Assembly (NCBI GenBank): GCA_004022145.1
Contig: RCNU01000003.1
Length of the DNA stretch: 64,000 nt
Strand: one strand, 5' to 3'
Source of the DNA: Paecilomyces variotii
Taxonomy: Eukaryota
In this document: piece after piece, positions 1-12,809 of the stretch
How positions within the stretch are numbered: the first letter of the stretch is position 1
How the letters are laid out: each line of letters begins with the position of its first letter
Notes under the pieces: generated by a model
Database searches by the model: none
What the model was told of the DNA's origin: nothing
The model's input: only the letters and a program-made list of their open reading frames with translations
Program-made: the position numbers and the translations under genes

Positions 1-96
1 TATCTTTCTTTCTCAGTCCTGCTCGTATCTGCATTGTCTGCACCCGCTTTAATTTCCGTGGCTGCAGTCTGGATCGCCAAAAGTTGATAGTGTACT

Positions 97-1219
97 TCAT
101 GGTACAAGCCTGGTACCTAGAGCATCTCCTAATTTATATCCTCTTCCCCGAAAATATGAATGCATCTTACCCATTATAACCGGGTTCGCTGGGTCTTCTA
201 TGGTAGTTCCAACTATCGAAGGTGGGCTAGTTGATATCCGCTGCATGCTGTAAGTACTGCTGGATCTTGATCTCGTGGACCTTGTCGATGTCGATTCGAG
301 ATCATCTTGATCAGGCTCAGTCTGGACGCCTGCATCCACGTAACGACATACTCTCTTTGGGTTCGGTAGTTGGGGTACAGCAGCCGGTGGAGCTAGATTT
401 CGCGACCTAGTATCTGCCACTTGGGCTTGGCTCTCTCTTTCTGTCTTCTTCTCTAACCAGCTCCAGAAGCTGGATCCGTCGATAGCGATGCTCTGCGGGC
501 GTGCTGCTCGTAGTGTGTCACGCCTCATGATACTCCTCGTCGGCGGTGATTGCGTAACAGGAATGAGAGACGGAGGTCTTAGTTCTCGTTCAGAAGGGAG
601 ACTCGTCATAGAAAGTGTATGTGATCGCCTCAGATTCTGCCTTGAAGGCACTTGTCTCGCAGACAATTTATCCTTCAAATCAGCGGTGCTATCTCTATTC
701 GAGACCTTCCCATTCTTGTCTGATGCAAAATACTCGTCTCCATGTCCGAAAACAATCTGAAGTGTGTCGAAGTCTCGCGTTGACCCATCCGGTGGGAAAA
801 GCCATGTCTGTAACTCGTCTGGTAGGCCGTAGCTATCTGCTAATTGCTCAGAACAACCTTCCAACGTGCTATGAAGAGATGATGAAGTCAAATGGGTAAG
901 ATCATCGTACCCTGTCTATATTCCCCATTTTGTATCTTCCAGCAGATATAGTATCTCTCAAAAGCACCGAACGCAACGATGACCAGCTCCTTTACGCATT
1001 CGGGATCATTGGGGTTATTAGGTATATCTCGAAGTCTGTTCCACAATCGAGTAGATGGACCCATAGACCCATCAGAACTGGGAAGAGTAAGTGTTAGTAT
1101 GCATCCCCGCGTTGAATGACTGCACAGAGATCAAACCTCGTGGGGTATATCCGCCTTCTCGTTGATTCGGAAGGGACACTTGAAGAATGAGCCCGCTGGG
1201 CCTTTTGATGCTCTAGCAT
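97..1219 (-). CDS. Hypothetical fungal protein (3 exons: 1219-1137, 1077-911, 836-97)
   Basis: Removing introns 1078-1136 (GTTTGA..CTAAC..CAG) and 837-910 (GTACGA..CTGAG..CAG) gives a continuous frame: ...VIVAFGAFERYYICWKIQNGEYRQ/DSYGLPDELQTWLFPPDG..., then a Ser/Arg-rich tail. Exon 1 is less certain. Confidence 0.7.
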
Positions 1220-1810
1220 TTTTCCAAAATGATATATAAAACCTCTGCAATTGAGGCCAGCCTTCATGCAGATGGTTAAGAGGTATGCATTTCAGAGTAT
1301 CATCGTCTCAGAAGCCGGTTTACCTACGGTTAGTAGAGTGAATGCGCAAAGGGTACCCTCGTCTAAACAGGCATCACGCCATGGTTCCGCTTTCTCTTCC
1401 GTCAATCTAACTGATTAACTAACTACAAAACAGTCCACAAGTAATACTCCATGACCATGCTGATTTTAAAGGCGTAAGGGAATCTGCTAGAGATAACCCC
1501 TGCGTCACGTTCGCACGAGATGGTTTCACCATACCATCTCCGGCGATCCAGACCAAAACGTGGCATGAACGGCCCACAGTCAGGAGTACTTGTTATTCGA
1601 GACTCTTGTTTTTGATTCGAAAACTCCTCATTTTCCAATTGGTGGCTGCTCTCATACGGGAGGTGGTAGCGAGCTCTGTCTGAAGTAAAAACTGCGAATT
1701 CTGGTATATCCTTGTCTTTTGTCCCATAGGTTTTCACCATCGGCGATTCAACAAGTGGATATGATATCAAACCATTCAAAATAATTGCTTTTGTTCTATA
1801 GCAGCTAGAA

Positions 1811-3154
1811 TCAAATATTTGACCATCGTCTTTTCCTTGTCCCGGGTATGCCATTAGGAACGCTTAATTCTGCGTTCGTAGATGTGCTTGTCTTTGCCTT
1901 CGGGCCAGCCCATGATAAACGATTATCCCTTCCAGACTTCTCACCATGTGAATTCAGTGTATCGGACATGGTTCCACGATAGTAATCATCCGATGGCGGA
2001 GAATGGGGAACGCTCAATAAGGGTATCGCCCTGTTGAACCCGTCGGGCCGACTCGATCTTGTGGTTCTTATCGGGAGTGTTTTGATCTTTGGCTGGGTAA
2101 TGTTGTGCGCATCCGCTGCAGTCCCAGGACTACTTACGATAGGCTTCTTGACATCAGAGTCAGACGTTGGGGATCGTATATGGACTGACTCTTCTTTATG
2201 CCGATATACACGAGAGTTCTGATCCATGCCATTCTTTTCCATATTTTCACCCTCTTGAGAACGGTCCAGATACGGTGGATGGTCCCTCTCTTCCTGAATG
2301 CTGGGCGCGCTTGATTTCAAGGGACTCGGAACCCTTTCCGTTGGCACATCAGGATGTTTCTGTACGGTAGTACTCCCTCCATTCTTGATAGAGCTTGTTG
2401 CGGTCTTCTCTATCTGCACCGTCGACGTCTTCTGCTTCGAAATCCGCTTTTCTTTCCTCGTCAATTCGATCTCCAGCACTCTGGTTCCCGGTTTCACTTT
2501 TCCTTTCAATCCATTGTCATCTCGATCAAAGTATAAAGCCCATAGTCCTTCTTCTTCTTCCACGGCAACAAACCCTTCCCAACCTTCGAGGATAACACGC
2601 CGGTCCTTCCTCGTGCAATCGAAAGGTCCGTGGATATTAGGCTGAGCTTGCGCCCGGATACCATATTTCACTTCGTATGTGTCTTTGTCGACATATATCC
2701 AGTTTAACACGGGAGGCTCGTCTACTATCGTCGAGACGAGCCCTTCGTACTTCTCGTCCGGGTAGGGGAGATAGTAGCCTGCGAACGGATGGCCGAATTG
2801 CGTTTCCTGTGGCTGAGATGTCTCTTGTTCTGGTTCAGATCTAGTTCCGACGTCGATATATAGCTATATAAATAATACATTAGCCCGCCAATATATATGA
2901 TATAATGTAGATATTTCCAAAGGATATGATCCCTCAAGATTCGTATACCATCTTACCTTATTATCCTTCAGAACCACCTGCCTGCTATCTATTTCCCTGC
3001 TACGAATGCACGATTTGACACAAGTAACGATAAGATTGCATCGACGAGCGCGATGTTCCTCTCTCCTATCCTTTGATTGGCCCTGACGAATGGCCTCTGC
3101 GGTACCGAGGAGGGCAGGGGCCGTAGTGAGCGCTACTAGCATAGACAACACCAT
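1811..3154 (-). CDS. Hypothetical fungal protein with hydrophobic N-terminus (2 exons: 3154-2957, 2863-1811)
   Basis: Intron 2864-2956 (GTAAGA..CTAAT..TAG) joins MVLSMLVALTTAPALLGTAEAIRQG...KDNK to LYID...GHPFAGYYLPYPD..LNWIYVDKDTYEVKYG..LEGWEGFVAVEE..WALYFDRDDNGL, a globular-looking domain followed by a disordered tail. Confidence 0.8.
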
Positions 3155-4503
3155 AGTAATTTCTTAGAGAAGAATGTGATGCGACAAGGCCGGTCGTTGG
3201 AAAAACCAGACAGACGAACTAGAAGAAACCCCAGGATGATCTTCGATCAGTAGACCCGTTGTCCCTTTCTTGAGATACCAGGGTGGTTTGAGGAGATTGC
3301 AGAGGAATTCCAGTTTTCTTCCGCCAATCGTCCATGATAGCAAACTATGAAAGATGCTTTGATGTTAGGGTAGATAGGTAAGGTGGATTGGATTGGATTG
3401 GATTGTTCAGATCAGCATGGCTAAAACGTAGCAAAGAGAATGAATCATGTAAAGCATATCGTGTCTCAAGGAGGGAAGTTATCATCTTTTCGCGTCCCAT
3501 TCTCCAAGAGGAGATGGCTAGAGTAAGTATGGAGATAAGATAGCTTGGAGATAGTGCAACTCCAGCCGACTACTGAATACGAAGGAAATTCCTCATGGCG
3601 TGCCAAGACGGTATGCAACGCCCATTGTGTAGAAATCCGTTTTGTATGTCTCCTAAATCGGGCAGTGAATCAGTTCCCTTCGAATAATAATACACAAAAC
3701 CATATAGATACCTAGATAGTACGTTGCCAACCAACCCCTGGTGTCACCCTCCCCGAGTAGCAACTAAGCTTCCCCCCGGCCTTTCGGAACTGTCATTTTA
3801 GCTCCCATCGCAACCCTGTTAATCCACAAATAACTGTCAAGACGTGCTAAAAACTCGGCTCGCTCTCCGGATGATGCCTCTGCACGATCGTACGATGTTC
3901 TTGAGAAGTGTGGAGTTTCGGCGACGCCCCCTGATCGTCTCGTGTTCGTCTCGACTTGACACCCAACAAGCTTTTCCTACCAAACCGTGTGGATTTGCAT
4001 TCTTGCAAAGTGGACAGGTTGTTGTTATCGATATGACTGGTGCCCAGAGATACATTATTAGCTAGTGACGGGAACTAGCTAGATCCCTTCCCCCAGCAGC
4101 CTAGGGAGTTCGATATTTGAATGAAGCCTTTACAGCGATACATTATGCACTTGCGCTAGCTAGCAGGGAATTAACTGTTCCATGAGAGCGATTGCGACAT
4201 CTCGAAGCGAGCAAGCATATCTTAGACAGGAGAAGCTGAGACGAGACAGAAATCGTAGATCAGCAATATCGTATGATATGTGCTGTTGGCAAGGGAACTG
4301 AACTAGATTTCAAATATCTGGTTGTAACTATATATATACTCGACGAGAATCGTTCGTAAAGATATCCTTGTTTTTTTCTTTCTTCACCATCACAGTTTTA
4401 ATTCTTCATCCTTTCTTTGTGTATTTCTTTCCACAAATCACTGAGCCGGTCTCAGTACAACGGATATCTCTATCTACTCCCTAATATCTGCAAAAGATCC
4501 ACA

Positions 4504-4790
4504 ATGTCTACAACACTGTACGTTCCTCAACACACACACAGAGAGAGGGTTGATGGAAACCAATTCCAGCCATCCCAACCCTACCTAATCCAAATATACT
4601 GATTTTGTAGCACCAGTGCCAACAAAACCCCCCTCAACGGCACCGGCTACTCGTCAGAAAGCGATGACGGTCAAGCCCAGGGTGGTCGGAGAGCAGCCGC
4701 TCTCTCTACGCTCCCGCATCCTCCTACTTCTGATAACTTGTCCCGACCTGCTGGTGAGTAATATAACCTCGAGACCATGGGTCCTTTTCC

Positions 4791-4861
<71 letters not shown>

Positions 4862-5037
4862 GAACATAACTAACATTTATCATTTCTCGTGCTATAGGAG
4901 GCCTCCTCAAAGGCGCCACCGACAAAGAAGGCAACTTGAAAGACGCCGGTCTGATGGTCGGTATCAAGCTCGATCTAGAAGCTGAAGTTCATCTCACTGC
5001 AAGAGTTCGTGGTGATGTCGTTATTGGCTTGTACTAG
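4504..5037 (+). CDS. Small (~98 aa) spliced protein: disordered N-terminus, C-terminal GIKLDLEAEVHLTARVRGDVVIGLY motif (exons 4504-4517, 4611-4753, 4898-5037)
   Basis: Two canonical introns (GTACGT..CTGAT..TAG; GTGAGT..CTAAC..TAG) keep the frame open: MSTTLTSANKTPLNGTGYSSESDDGQAQGGRRAAALSTLPHPPTSDNLSRPAGGLLKGATDKEGNLKDAGLMVGIKLDLEAEVHLTARVRGDVVIGLY*. Not in the ORF track. Confidence 0.8.
4792..4859. repeat. Poly(A) homopolymer, 68 nt, inside intron 2 of the small gene
   Basis: Directly visible run of A; no target-site duplication evident. Confidence 0.95.
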
Positions 5038-6048
5038 TTTTTCCTCCCTTTTTCTCTCTCTCTCTCTCTCCAACCCGCGTTCCCGATTCTGGCATTTATC
5101 TACCTTGGGTATTTGTTTTCTTCCATTCGTTGGGGAATGGACATTGGCTGAGAAAACGGCTTTGGTGTGTTCCCTTCGACACAAAAGGCGCGGATTGAGC
5201 CCGATGAGTAAAGAGGCTTTGTTCACGACGGAGAAGCCGAGGGATATGCCTGCTTGGGAGTCGAGGAGGGTCGAGAATTGGGGGGGAAGTGAGAACGAGA
5301 GTGGTGCGAAGGGGGAAAAAGGGCGATGATTTAGTTTCATGTCATTCATGTTTGTATATGTGAAGGGGAAAACGCTTGTGGAGAGGGTAGATTATGATTT
5401 GTATAATCCTTCCTTCAATGGCCTTTCTAAGTAATTTTTAGATAAAATGTGTACATTTATTGTGCCAAGTACAACACTATCTACCACTTAAAGGCAATTT
5501 GCAAGTAGAGAATATTCTTGTTCTAGCCTGCAGCAACCACCAGATGATGGGAGCTGCACTGTACGGCAAGACGCTACTACTGTAAAGTACTTAGCTGTAC
5601 TATATCACAAAGTGGAAGACAGGAAAAGGCAAATGAACCAGACTCCCAAAGACGAGGCTATCAGCAGGAAAGAACTCAAGAGGGAAAGGAATAAAGCCCC
5701 TGGTATTACCCAAACATTTCAGAATGATCAATCAGACACCGAGACATGCATCTTGATACCATGCCATGCTCTAACCGGCTAGAATAGATTTTGCCGGATT
5801 TCGAAAGATAAAACGTCGAACCCCCCTTAATTCAAGGAATATTGAACCGCCCCAAATTCCAATGAAAACATTCAAGAGATCTTCCACAAACACATACAAG
5901 AAGAACCTGCAACTGGAGAAGAAGAAAAGGCGAAAGGACGTGCCAGAGAGAAAAAGATCTACATGATCCGACCGTTTGAATCGTACATACTGAGAAAAAT
6001 CCCGCTGAACTCCAGATACGACCCACATTCACAGAGGGCTATTTATGG

Positions 6049-8314
6049 TCATCGCGCTGTCATTCGACTTGAGCCTGCACTAGCCGTGATGCTTGTCGAC
6101 TGATGCATGGCGTTGATGTTTTTGGACGTAAGCGGAGGTGAGCCCTCTCCTTTTGAGGGCGTGTTGAACAAACCAAGGCGTGCTGACGGGGGCGAGTAAC
6201 CGACATTCCGTGGCCCGGAATCAGGTGCATTGGCGTGTAGGTGAGGTTTTCGTACGTCCAACGGCGAAGAACTTAGCGATCTGAAGCCCGACTTCCTGTC
6301 AAGAGAATCGTAGTCGGGATTACTGAAGTGGCCCTGCTGTCGCGGTTCCTGTTCTGTTCCATATGGTGTATTCGCCGCGGAGGAGTTGGCCGCAGACTGA
6401 TGGTCGGCAATGGTGGATGCCGATCCGTTCGGTGCATGGATGTCCACTACACGCTTTTGGCCAGCGGGAGTTGTATAGGAAGACATGCGAGCCTGCTCAG
6501 ATGCCTTGCTCTGCTGCTTCTGCTGCGATGGCTGTTGATGAATTGGATGTTGCGGATTAGCCCAGGGCGTTTGTTCCAGAAAGGCCTCTTCAGCAGCAGT
6601 GCGGGCCATGGCAGACGGCATTGCCGACATTAGTCCCCGCGGGAACCCTGACGGATGAACCTGAGAGCTTCTAGTCTCGGTCGAAATCTGAGAGACTCGA
6701 ATCAGAACCTGTGGCCTTAGAATGCTTCAACCGCGTCACTTACCCCCATCTTCTCAAAGTCCTCCTCGATCTCCGATGGGCGCGCCGCAGCCAATGACGG
6801 CGCAGCAGGAAAGCCAACATATTTGGCAACTCCGGAGAGGACAGAAACCTCTTGATTATACGCAGTTTGTTGCGCAATCTGCTGTGACCGGCGGGTGGGA
6901 AAGGGGATGTAATGATGTGGACTGATGTCCTCCGTCTTGAAGCGGTCATGCTGAATGGCATAGAACTGCTTGCTAACAGCACTAGAATGTCTCTCACGCA
7001 CGTCCCTAACACGCTGGAAAAAGGTACTATGTGTTTGCGCACGCTCGGCCAAACTCTTGTTCAACAGCGACTTGAGCCTGTACTGAAACAGAGTGCTCTC
7101 GTATTTGATCTTGGCATCGCGGTAACGTCTCACGCTTTCAAGTTGACGCAGGAATTCGGGATGGGTAGGATTTGGCCCAGTCAGCTGTTCCAGCTCTTGA
7201 TTGAGTTTCGCGATCCTCTCGTCGTATATTCTGTATATTATTAGTACACCAACATAATGAAAACGATGGGGACGGCGATTATCATACCGATCGCGCAGCG
7301 TCGCGAACTCCTTCTCCAGAACCACCAGAGAATCCATAGCGGACATCTTCTTTGCTGCTGTCCGAGAGTCAGTCACGAGCTGGTCATTCATGGCGCGCTC
7401 CATCACTTACACTCTTCCTCTGCCTTTGCAACAGCTTCTGCGTCTTCCGGTTCTTCGACACCTCCAGCCCCTTCTTCTTCATCTGGGACGTGGTCATCGA
7501 CAAGACCCTCAGCGCCAGCTTCGACAGGCCCACCAATTTCTGTGTCTTCATCCACGTCTTTGGCCTTTCTCCCCTTCCGTTTGCCCTTTTTGCCCTTCTT
7601 GCCTCTGGTGGGCGCCACGGGCACCTCGAGCTCTTGGGCCTCCTCGGCAAGAGGAGTACCCTCATTAGACATCTCATTGACTTTGATGGTCTCTTCGGTC
7701 GGTTCTGGTGACAGGGGAGTCTCTTCGAGGGTCGCTTCCGCTGCGCCGCTCTTCAAGGAGCTTTGCCGCTTTCGAAGAGGCTCTTGCTCACCCTGATCCG
7801 TGCCGGTGTCGTCTCCAGACTCGAAACGTTTACGTTTCTTGCCAGCAGGCTCCGGCAGATGTGAGCTTTCTGGAGCAGATAATTGCTCCGCCTGCCCGGT
7901 AAGACCGTTGCTCCGGGAAGAACGCCTGACTTTGCTAGGCGAGTCTTCTGCAGGATGCCCATCGTCATCCACATCATCGTATGTAGTCGATTGCGCCAGT
8001 TTGCTAGGACTGTTCCCGTATCCACTTGCACTCACGACGATATCGCGTCGCAGGCGGAGATTGTTCGGAGAATCCTCTATCCGCTCCGTTTCGGCCTCCG
8101 AGTCGACCTCACCAGGGCCCTTTTCCGGCTTTGGAGGTTCCTCATCGGAGGGTTCCTGGTCAGAGACATAGTCAATGTCACTCAGACTGCTCGAGCGGCC
8201 ATCATCAATGAGAACATCTTCTGGGATGATGTTCTCGTCGCCATTGGCGACCGGGGCCGATGCCCCCGCAGGCGTCGCAGCGGGGGCGGTCTCTCTGCTC
8301 TCCGCAACCTCCAT
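6049..8314 (-). CDS. DEP1: Sds3-like Rpd3L histone deacetylase complex subunit, Dep1-type (introns 7358-7410, 7231-7287, 6688-6743)
   Basis: Acidic disordered N-terminus with DSEAETERIEDSP; Sds3-like coiled region AMDSLVVLEKEFATLRDRIYDERIAKLNQELEQLTGPNPTHPEFLRQL; VAKYVGFPAAP motif; all splice junctions preserve frame. Confidence 0.85.
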
Positions 8315-9361
8315 CTCTATGTATGTATGTATATGCGAGACGCAGAAATATGAACTAAGCTAGGCGGAGGGGGAATGATCTAGCGAGATGCTCTGCGCAG
8401 AGAGCGTCGCCTTGAAAGTCGGCCGAGGGAGAGGAGGGGGGAAGGAATCGAAAAAATTTCGTCGGACGTAATTGAGTATCTAGCATGAAGACTATGTCAA
8501 TTAGTGATGCTGATCCAAGAATAATGACATGGTAACAAGGCTGATGGATGGTTGGCAGAGCTAGGCTTTCTCGTGGCCGGTGCGGAGATTGACTACCCGG
8601 AGGACCGCCAGCAACCGCGAGGATGAAGCCCTGGTCGTCGATCCCAACTGAGCAGGAAAATCTTGACTCGACTCGTGTGCACGACAGCAGTAGGCTGATG
8701 GGACAATGGAGCTTCCAGAAGGCCCAGTGCAGGCTCCAGAGGGCCCAGGAGACGTACCGTGAAGCAATGCGCCAGCAGCAACGGCGGCCCTAGCACGGCA
8801 GCTCGCGACAAGCACGACGCTGAGAGGGGACCACACAAATCCTGCCACTACCAGTATATATGATCGAGGCCAGGCCTGGACGGTCTTCGACCGCTTCGGA
8901 GACTGGCCTGCTGTCCACCGCAGGACTGGACGAGTCTTGCGCGAACGACTGAGGGGATCAAGAAGCGGGCAAGACGACAATGTAGGGCCGCAGGTGAGCA
9001 GACCGCATCAGCAGGAGACAGGCGCCCGCGAGAACGGGAGAGATAGCGGCGGTCAGAGGAGGAGGACGATAAGAAGAATCCTGCGAGAAAACAAACGGAA
9101 GAGCGTATCTCTGGCGGAAAAGAGGAGTTGCAAGTGACGGGTTCCTGGGCGGTGCGCAGAGAGACGGGGAACATCCACTTGCAGTATTAGTGTATTAGTG
9201 CAGCAAAGCAGACGTGCTGGGCGACTTCACCAGCGCCGACCGTGGCCGTTTTCTGCCGGGGGGCGTTGGCCCGTCGTTGGCCTGCCCGGGCGCGTCCTCG
9301 CCTCACCGCCCTCGCTCGTCGCCCCGGCCTAAGCCTCTTCCGGTAGTCCCGTGATGCGGTG

Positions 9362-9370
9362 GTCACGTGA
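9362..9370. promoter_or_regulatory. GTCACGTGA E-box (Cbf1-type bHLH site) in DEP1/NOP12 divergent intergenic region
   Basis: Exact RTCACGTGA match; a second perfect palindrome ATCACGTGAT lies at 9992-10001. Confidence 0.5.
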
Positions 9371-10175
9371 AACAGCGGCCGCTCGGCTCAACTGCCTCCG
9401 TGAGCTAAGCCTCTTTCGGCACGGCCGCTGATCGGCCTCTGACGTCGTTCCTTGCGGTGTTGGTAAGTTAGACATGTTGGAGCAGATCATCAAGCTGATG
9501 TTCACGGATTCGGCCAGATTGGATTCGTTTCTCTTCATGATTTGGTCAAGGCAGGTATTAATCAGAGGGGTGGTGTTTTTTCAGGAAAGAAAAGGAAAGA
9601 GAAGAAAAATATCTCGACAAAGCAACCGGTTGGTGGTATTATGGGGGCTGGTGGAAGAAGAGCAGCGTGTAACACATCAAGAACAACAAACAACACATGC
9701 GGATTTTGAAGATACAGAGAAGAGAGTAATGATTCTTCGTATCTACTGCTCTATCAAACATACTGAACTGTCGACTACATGTAGTTGGTTTGATTCTTTT
9801 TCTTGTCCTTATTGTCGGCTCAGCCCTCGTCCACTTCATAGCTAGTCCGAGCAGACCACTTAAATAGCAGGCAGATCAGAAAAATTAACGAAGATATACA
9901 CAGACTACAACTCCTAGGTACTATTCTCATCCAGCAATAAGCTGTGACAGAGGTTGTATAACCGGAAGCAGTGTCATCGCCTATCAGTAACATCACGTGA
10001 TGATAAACAGATTTCCGCAGGCCAAGACCGTGGATGGCGCTTACCGCCGCGAAAAAAAAGTTGGACCCAGGGACGAAAAGGGAAACTGTTCTGCGATTCT
10101 TCCACTCACGCAATACTCCACCATTCCTCCTAATTGCTCCAGGGGAAAATACTACCCGGCGGAGGGCAATCAATC

Positions 10176-11990
10176 ATGGGGAACAAAACCAAGATTCGGT
10201 CCCAGCAGGCCGGAAAGGGAGCTCACGAAGATGCTCCCGCAACCACGGACAAGCCGTCCTTCCTAACGGGCGGTGCGTCCATTGATCCGACTTTGGCCTC
10301 GCTGTTTGAAACAAGTGTGAGTCCACCTGATAATAATCACCGCTCAGATCGATGGCTTCATACAAGAGGAGATTACCAGGTCTTGGCTGTTGTGAGAGGG
10401 CGACCTTTGCTAACCCGTCTGCTTTTATAATTCTAGGCTGGCCCTGTCAAGATTCCCTCGGTGAAGTCTAGTAGAGATGCGGCAGCCATGTCAGGTGCCA
10501 AGAAGGCCAATAGGCCTGAGGAAGAAGACGACGAAGAACTCAGCGCCGCGGGTGATAACGACGACGAGGAGTTGTCTGAGCTGGGCGCCCAGTCAGGCGA
10601 CGAAGATGAAGAAATGGAAGATATTGAAGAGGAGAGTGGAGACGACAACAAATCTACCCCGCAAGACATGGATGCCTCGACAACGAGCAGAAAGAGAAAG
10701 AGAAGGGCTGAAGACAACCTCGAAGATTCTTATATGCGCCGGATAGCTCAGGAGGAAGCGAAAGAAGAGGCAAAGCGACGCTCTGAGAAAGCTAAGCGAG
10801 TCAAGCTTGAGGACAAGGAGGGGAGAGATGGCTCTGATGACGAAGAGGGCGAATCCTCGCAGGAGGAGGATGGTAGTCCTCCACCAAAGCATGAGACCGT
10901 TTCGGGAGATGGAGAGGCTGCTATCATTGACAAGTCTAACCGCACTGTCTTCCTCGGCAATGTGTCGACAAAGGCCATCAAGTCCAAGTCTGCTAAAAAG
11001 ACACTCCTCGCTCATCTAGCGTCATTTCTTTCTACGCTACCGGAAGCTGAAGTCCTTCACAAAATTGAATCTATCAGGTTCCGCTCGACTCCATACACAT
11101 CGGGAGGTGGCATCCCAAAGCGTGCCTCATACGCCCATAAAGAGATCATGGACGAGACGACGCCGAGCACTAACGCCTACGTCGTTTACACCACTGCTCA
11201 GGCAGCGAGGAAAGCCCCCGCTGCGCTGAATGGGACCGTCGTTCTGGACCGTCACTTGCGTGTCGACAGCGTGGCTCATCCTGCACCGGTGGATAACAAG
11301 CGATGTGTGTTTGTGGGTAATCTGGATTTCATTGATCAAGAGCCGGAAGATGACGACGAGGAGGAGGAGGAGAAAAAGAAGAAGAAGAAGCCTTCCGTTC
11401 CTGCTGATGTGGAAGAGGGCCTTTGGCGCACGTTCAATGAGGAGACTAAGGGTGTCACCCAAGGCTCACGAAGGGGCAACGTCGAGTCTGTTCGCGTGGT
11501 CCGCGATCGTGCCACGCGTGTTGGAAAAGGTTTCGCATACGTTCAGTTCTATGATCCTAATTGTGTGGAAGCAGCACTCCTCCTGGACGGAAAGAAATTT
11601 CCACCACTGCTTCCCCGAAAGCTGCGGGTCACACGTGCTAGGAAAGTACAGAAACGGCGAGAGGGCACTGGTGCTAATGCCAGAGAGCTGGGAGTCGGCG
11701 CTGCACGCTTGTCTCTCCAGGGTCGCGCTACTAAGCTACTGGGCAGGGCTGGCGCTGCCAAGCTAAAGGAGGTCGGCTCACATCCCAAGTCGAAGCCTGA
11801 TGAACCTTTTGTGTTCGAGGGATACCGCGCTAGCGAAGGGTCCAGAGGAGCGGAGGGCGCTCCGAGATTTAAAGTCAAGACGAAGAGTCGTGGTGCGTCC
11901 AAGGGCAAGCCGAAGACGAGGAGTAGTCGTCGTGCCGCGGCATACAAGGCTGCGGGCGGCAGGAAGGGTGCACAAGAAAGAAAGCCCTGA
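10176..11990 (+). CDS. NOP12: Nucleolar protein 12, two-RRM 60S biogenesis factor (intron 10317-10436)
   Basis: IDPTLASLF N-terminal motif; RRM1 RTVFLGNVS..IESIRFRS..NAYVVY..HLRVDSVAHP; RRM2 CVFVGNLDF..VESVRVVRDRATRVGKGFAYVQF; FEGYRA motif. Confidence 0.93.
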
Positions 11991-12809
11991 AGAGAGATAA
12001 CTCAATTCTTCTGTTTGTATCTGTACGGATGCCTGGCACTGTCATGAGGGTCCTGGAGAAAAGCACGTATATAGCATGTTCTTAGTTTACTTTTGTTTTT
12101 AAAAGGATGGGCTGTACAGGTTTGACAATGGTTCGATGAGAATAATCCATTCATAAAGGCATCTTGAAGTTGATAGGGAAGCACTCGAAGAATTGTTCGT
12201 ATAAGCCACCACATTCATAAGGCTGTGCAACACCAGCGTGATCGTTATAGATAAGATCGCCCAAAAAGCCCAAGCTGATCTTTGACGTCATCGAGGTTTA
12301 TTTGTCCGTGAAATTAATCGACTAACCAAGGGTCGCCCCAATAATCCATCCCGTCTTAAAGACATCGAAAAGTAGAGTCTTCAGAGGGGAGAACAGAGTT
12401 TCTATTACTGTCCGTTCGTTTGGTACGTACTCCATGGTAGAAGCACATGTTGTCCCGCCGCGGTCGATCCGATTCCCCACAGCCCCTCGTTTCCATAAGT
12501 ACATACAACTTCCACTTATAGCCGCACATCTGGCATAGCTGACTCGTACATCAGGCTCGCAGTTTACGATCTATATGCTTCTTATTGGAGGATATCTTCA
12601 AAGCATTTACTAGTTGCTACTGCTTCAGTGGCGCTGACAATCACTAAGTACTTAACTACCTGCTGGGTTTGACCGCTGCCTAGATTGTGGTCAGCCGCAA
12701 AGCAAACGGCAGATAACTGACTCGACTCACGGCCTAATATAAAGCGCTTCCTTGATTTTTTACATTCAATCGATACGTGTTTTTTCAGTTCAACAGAAGA
12801 GAAGAGAAA

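Noticed and set aside
1423..1854. 143-aa minus-strand ORF overlapping the end of gene 2
   Set aside because: No recognisable motif or splice link; probably a chance ORF in the 3' UTR/promoter.
4616..4967. Poly-Lys and poly-Phe ORFs
   Set aside because: Translations of the intronic poly(A) tract.
8561..9845. Several 60-140 aa ORFs upstream of DEP1
   Set aside because: GC-rich 5'UTR/promoter sequence, mostly non-ATG starts, no protein features.
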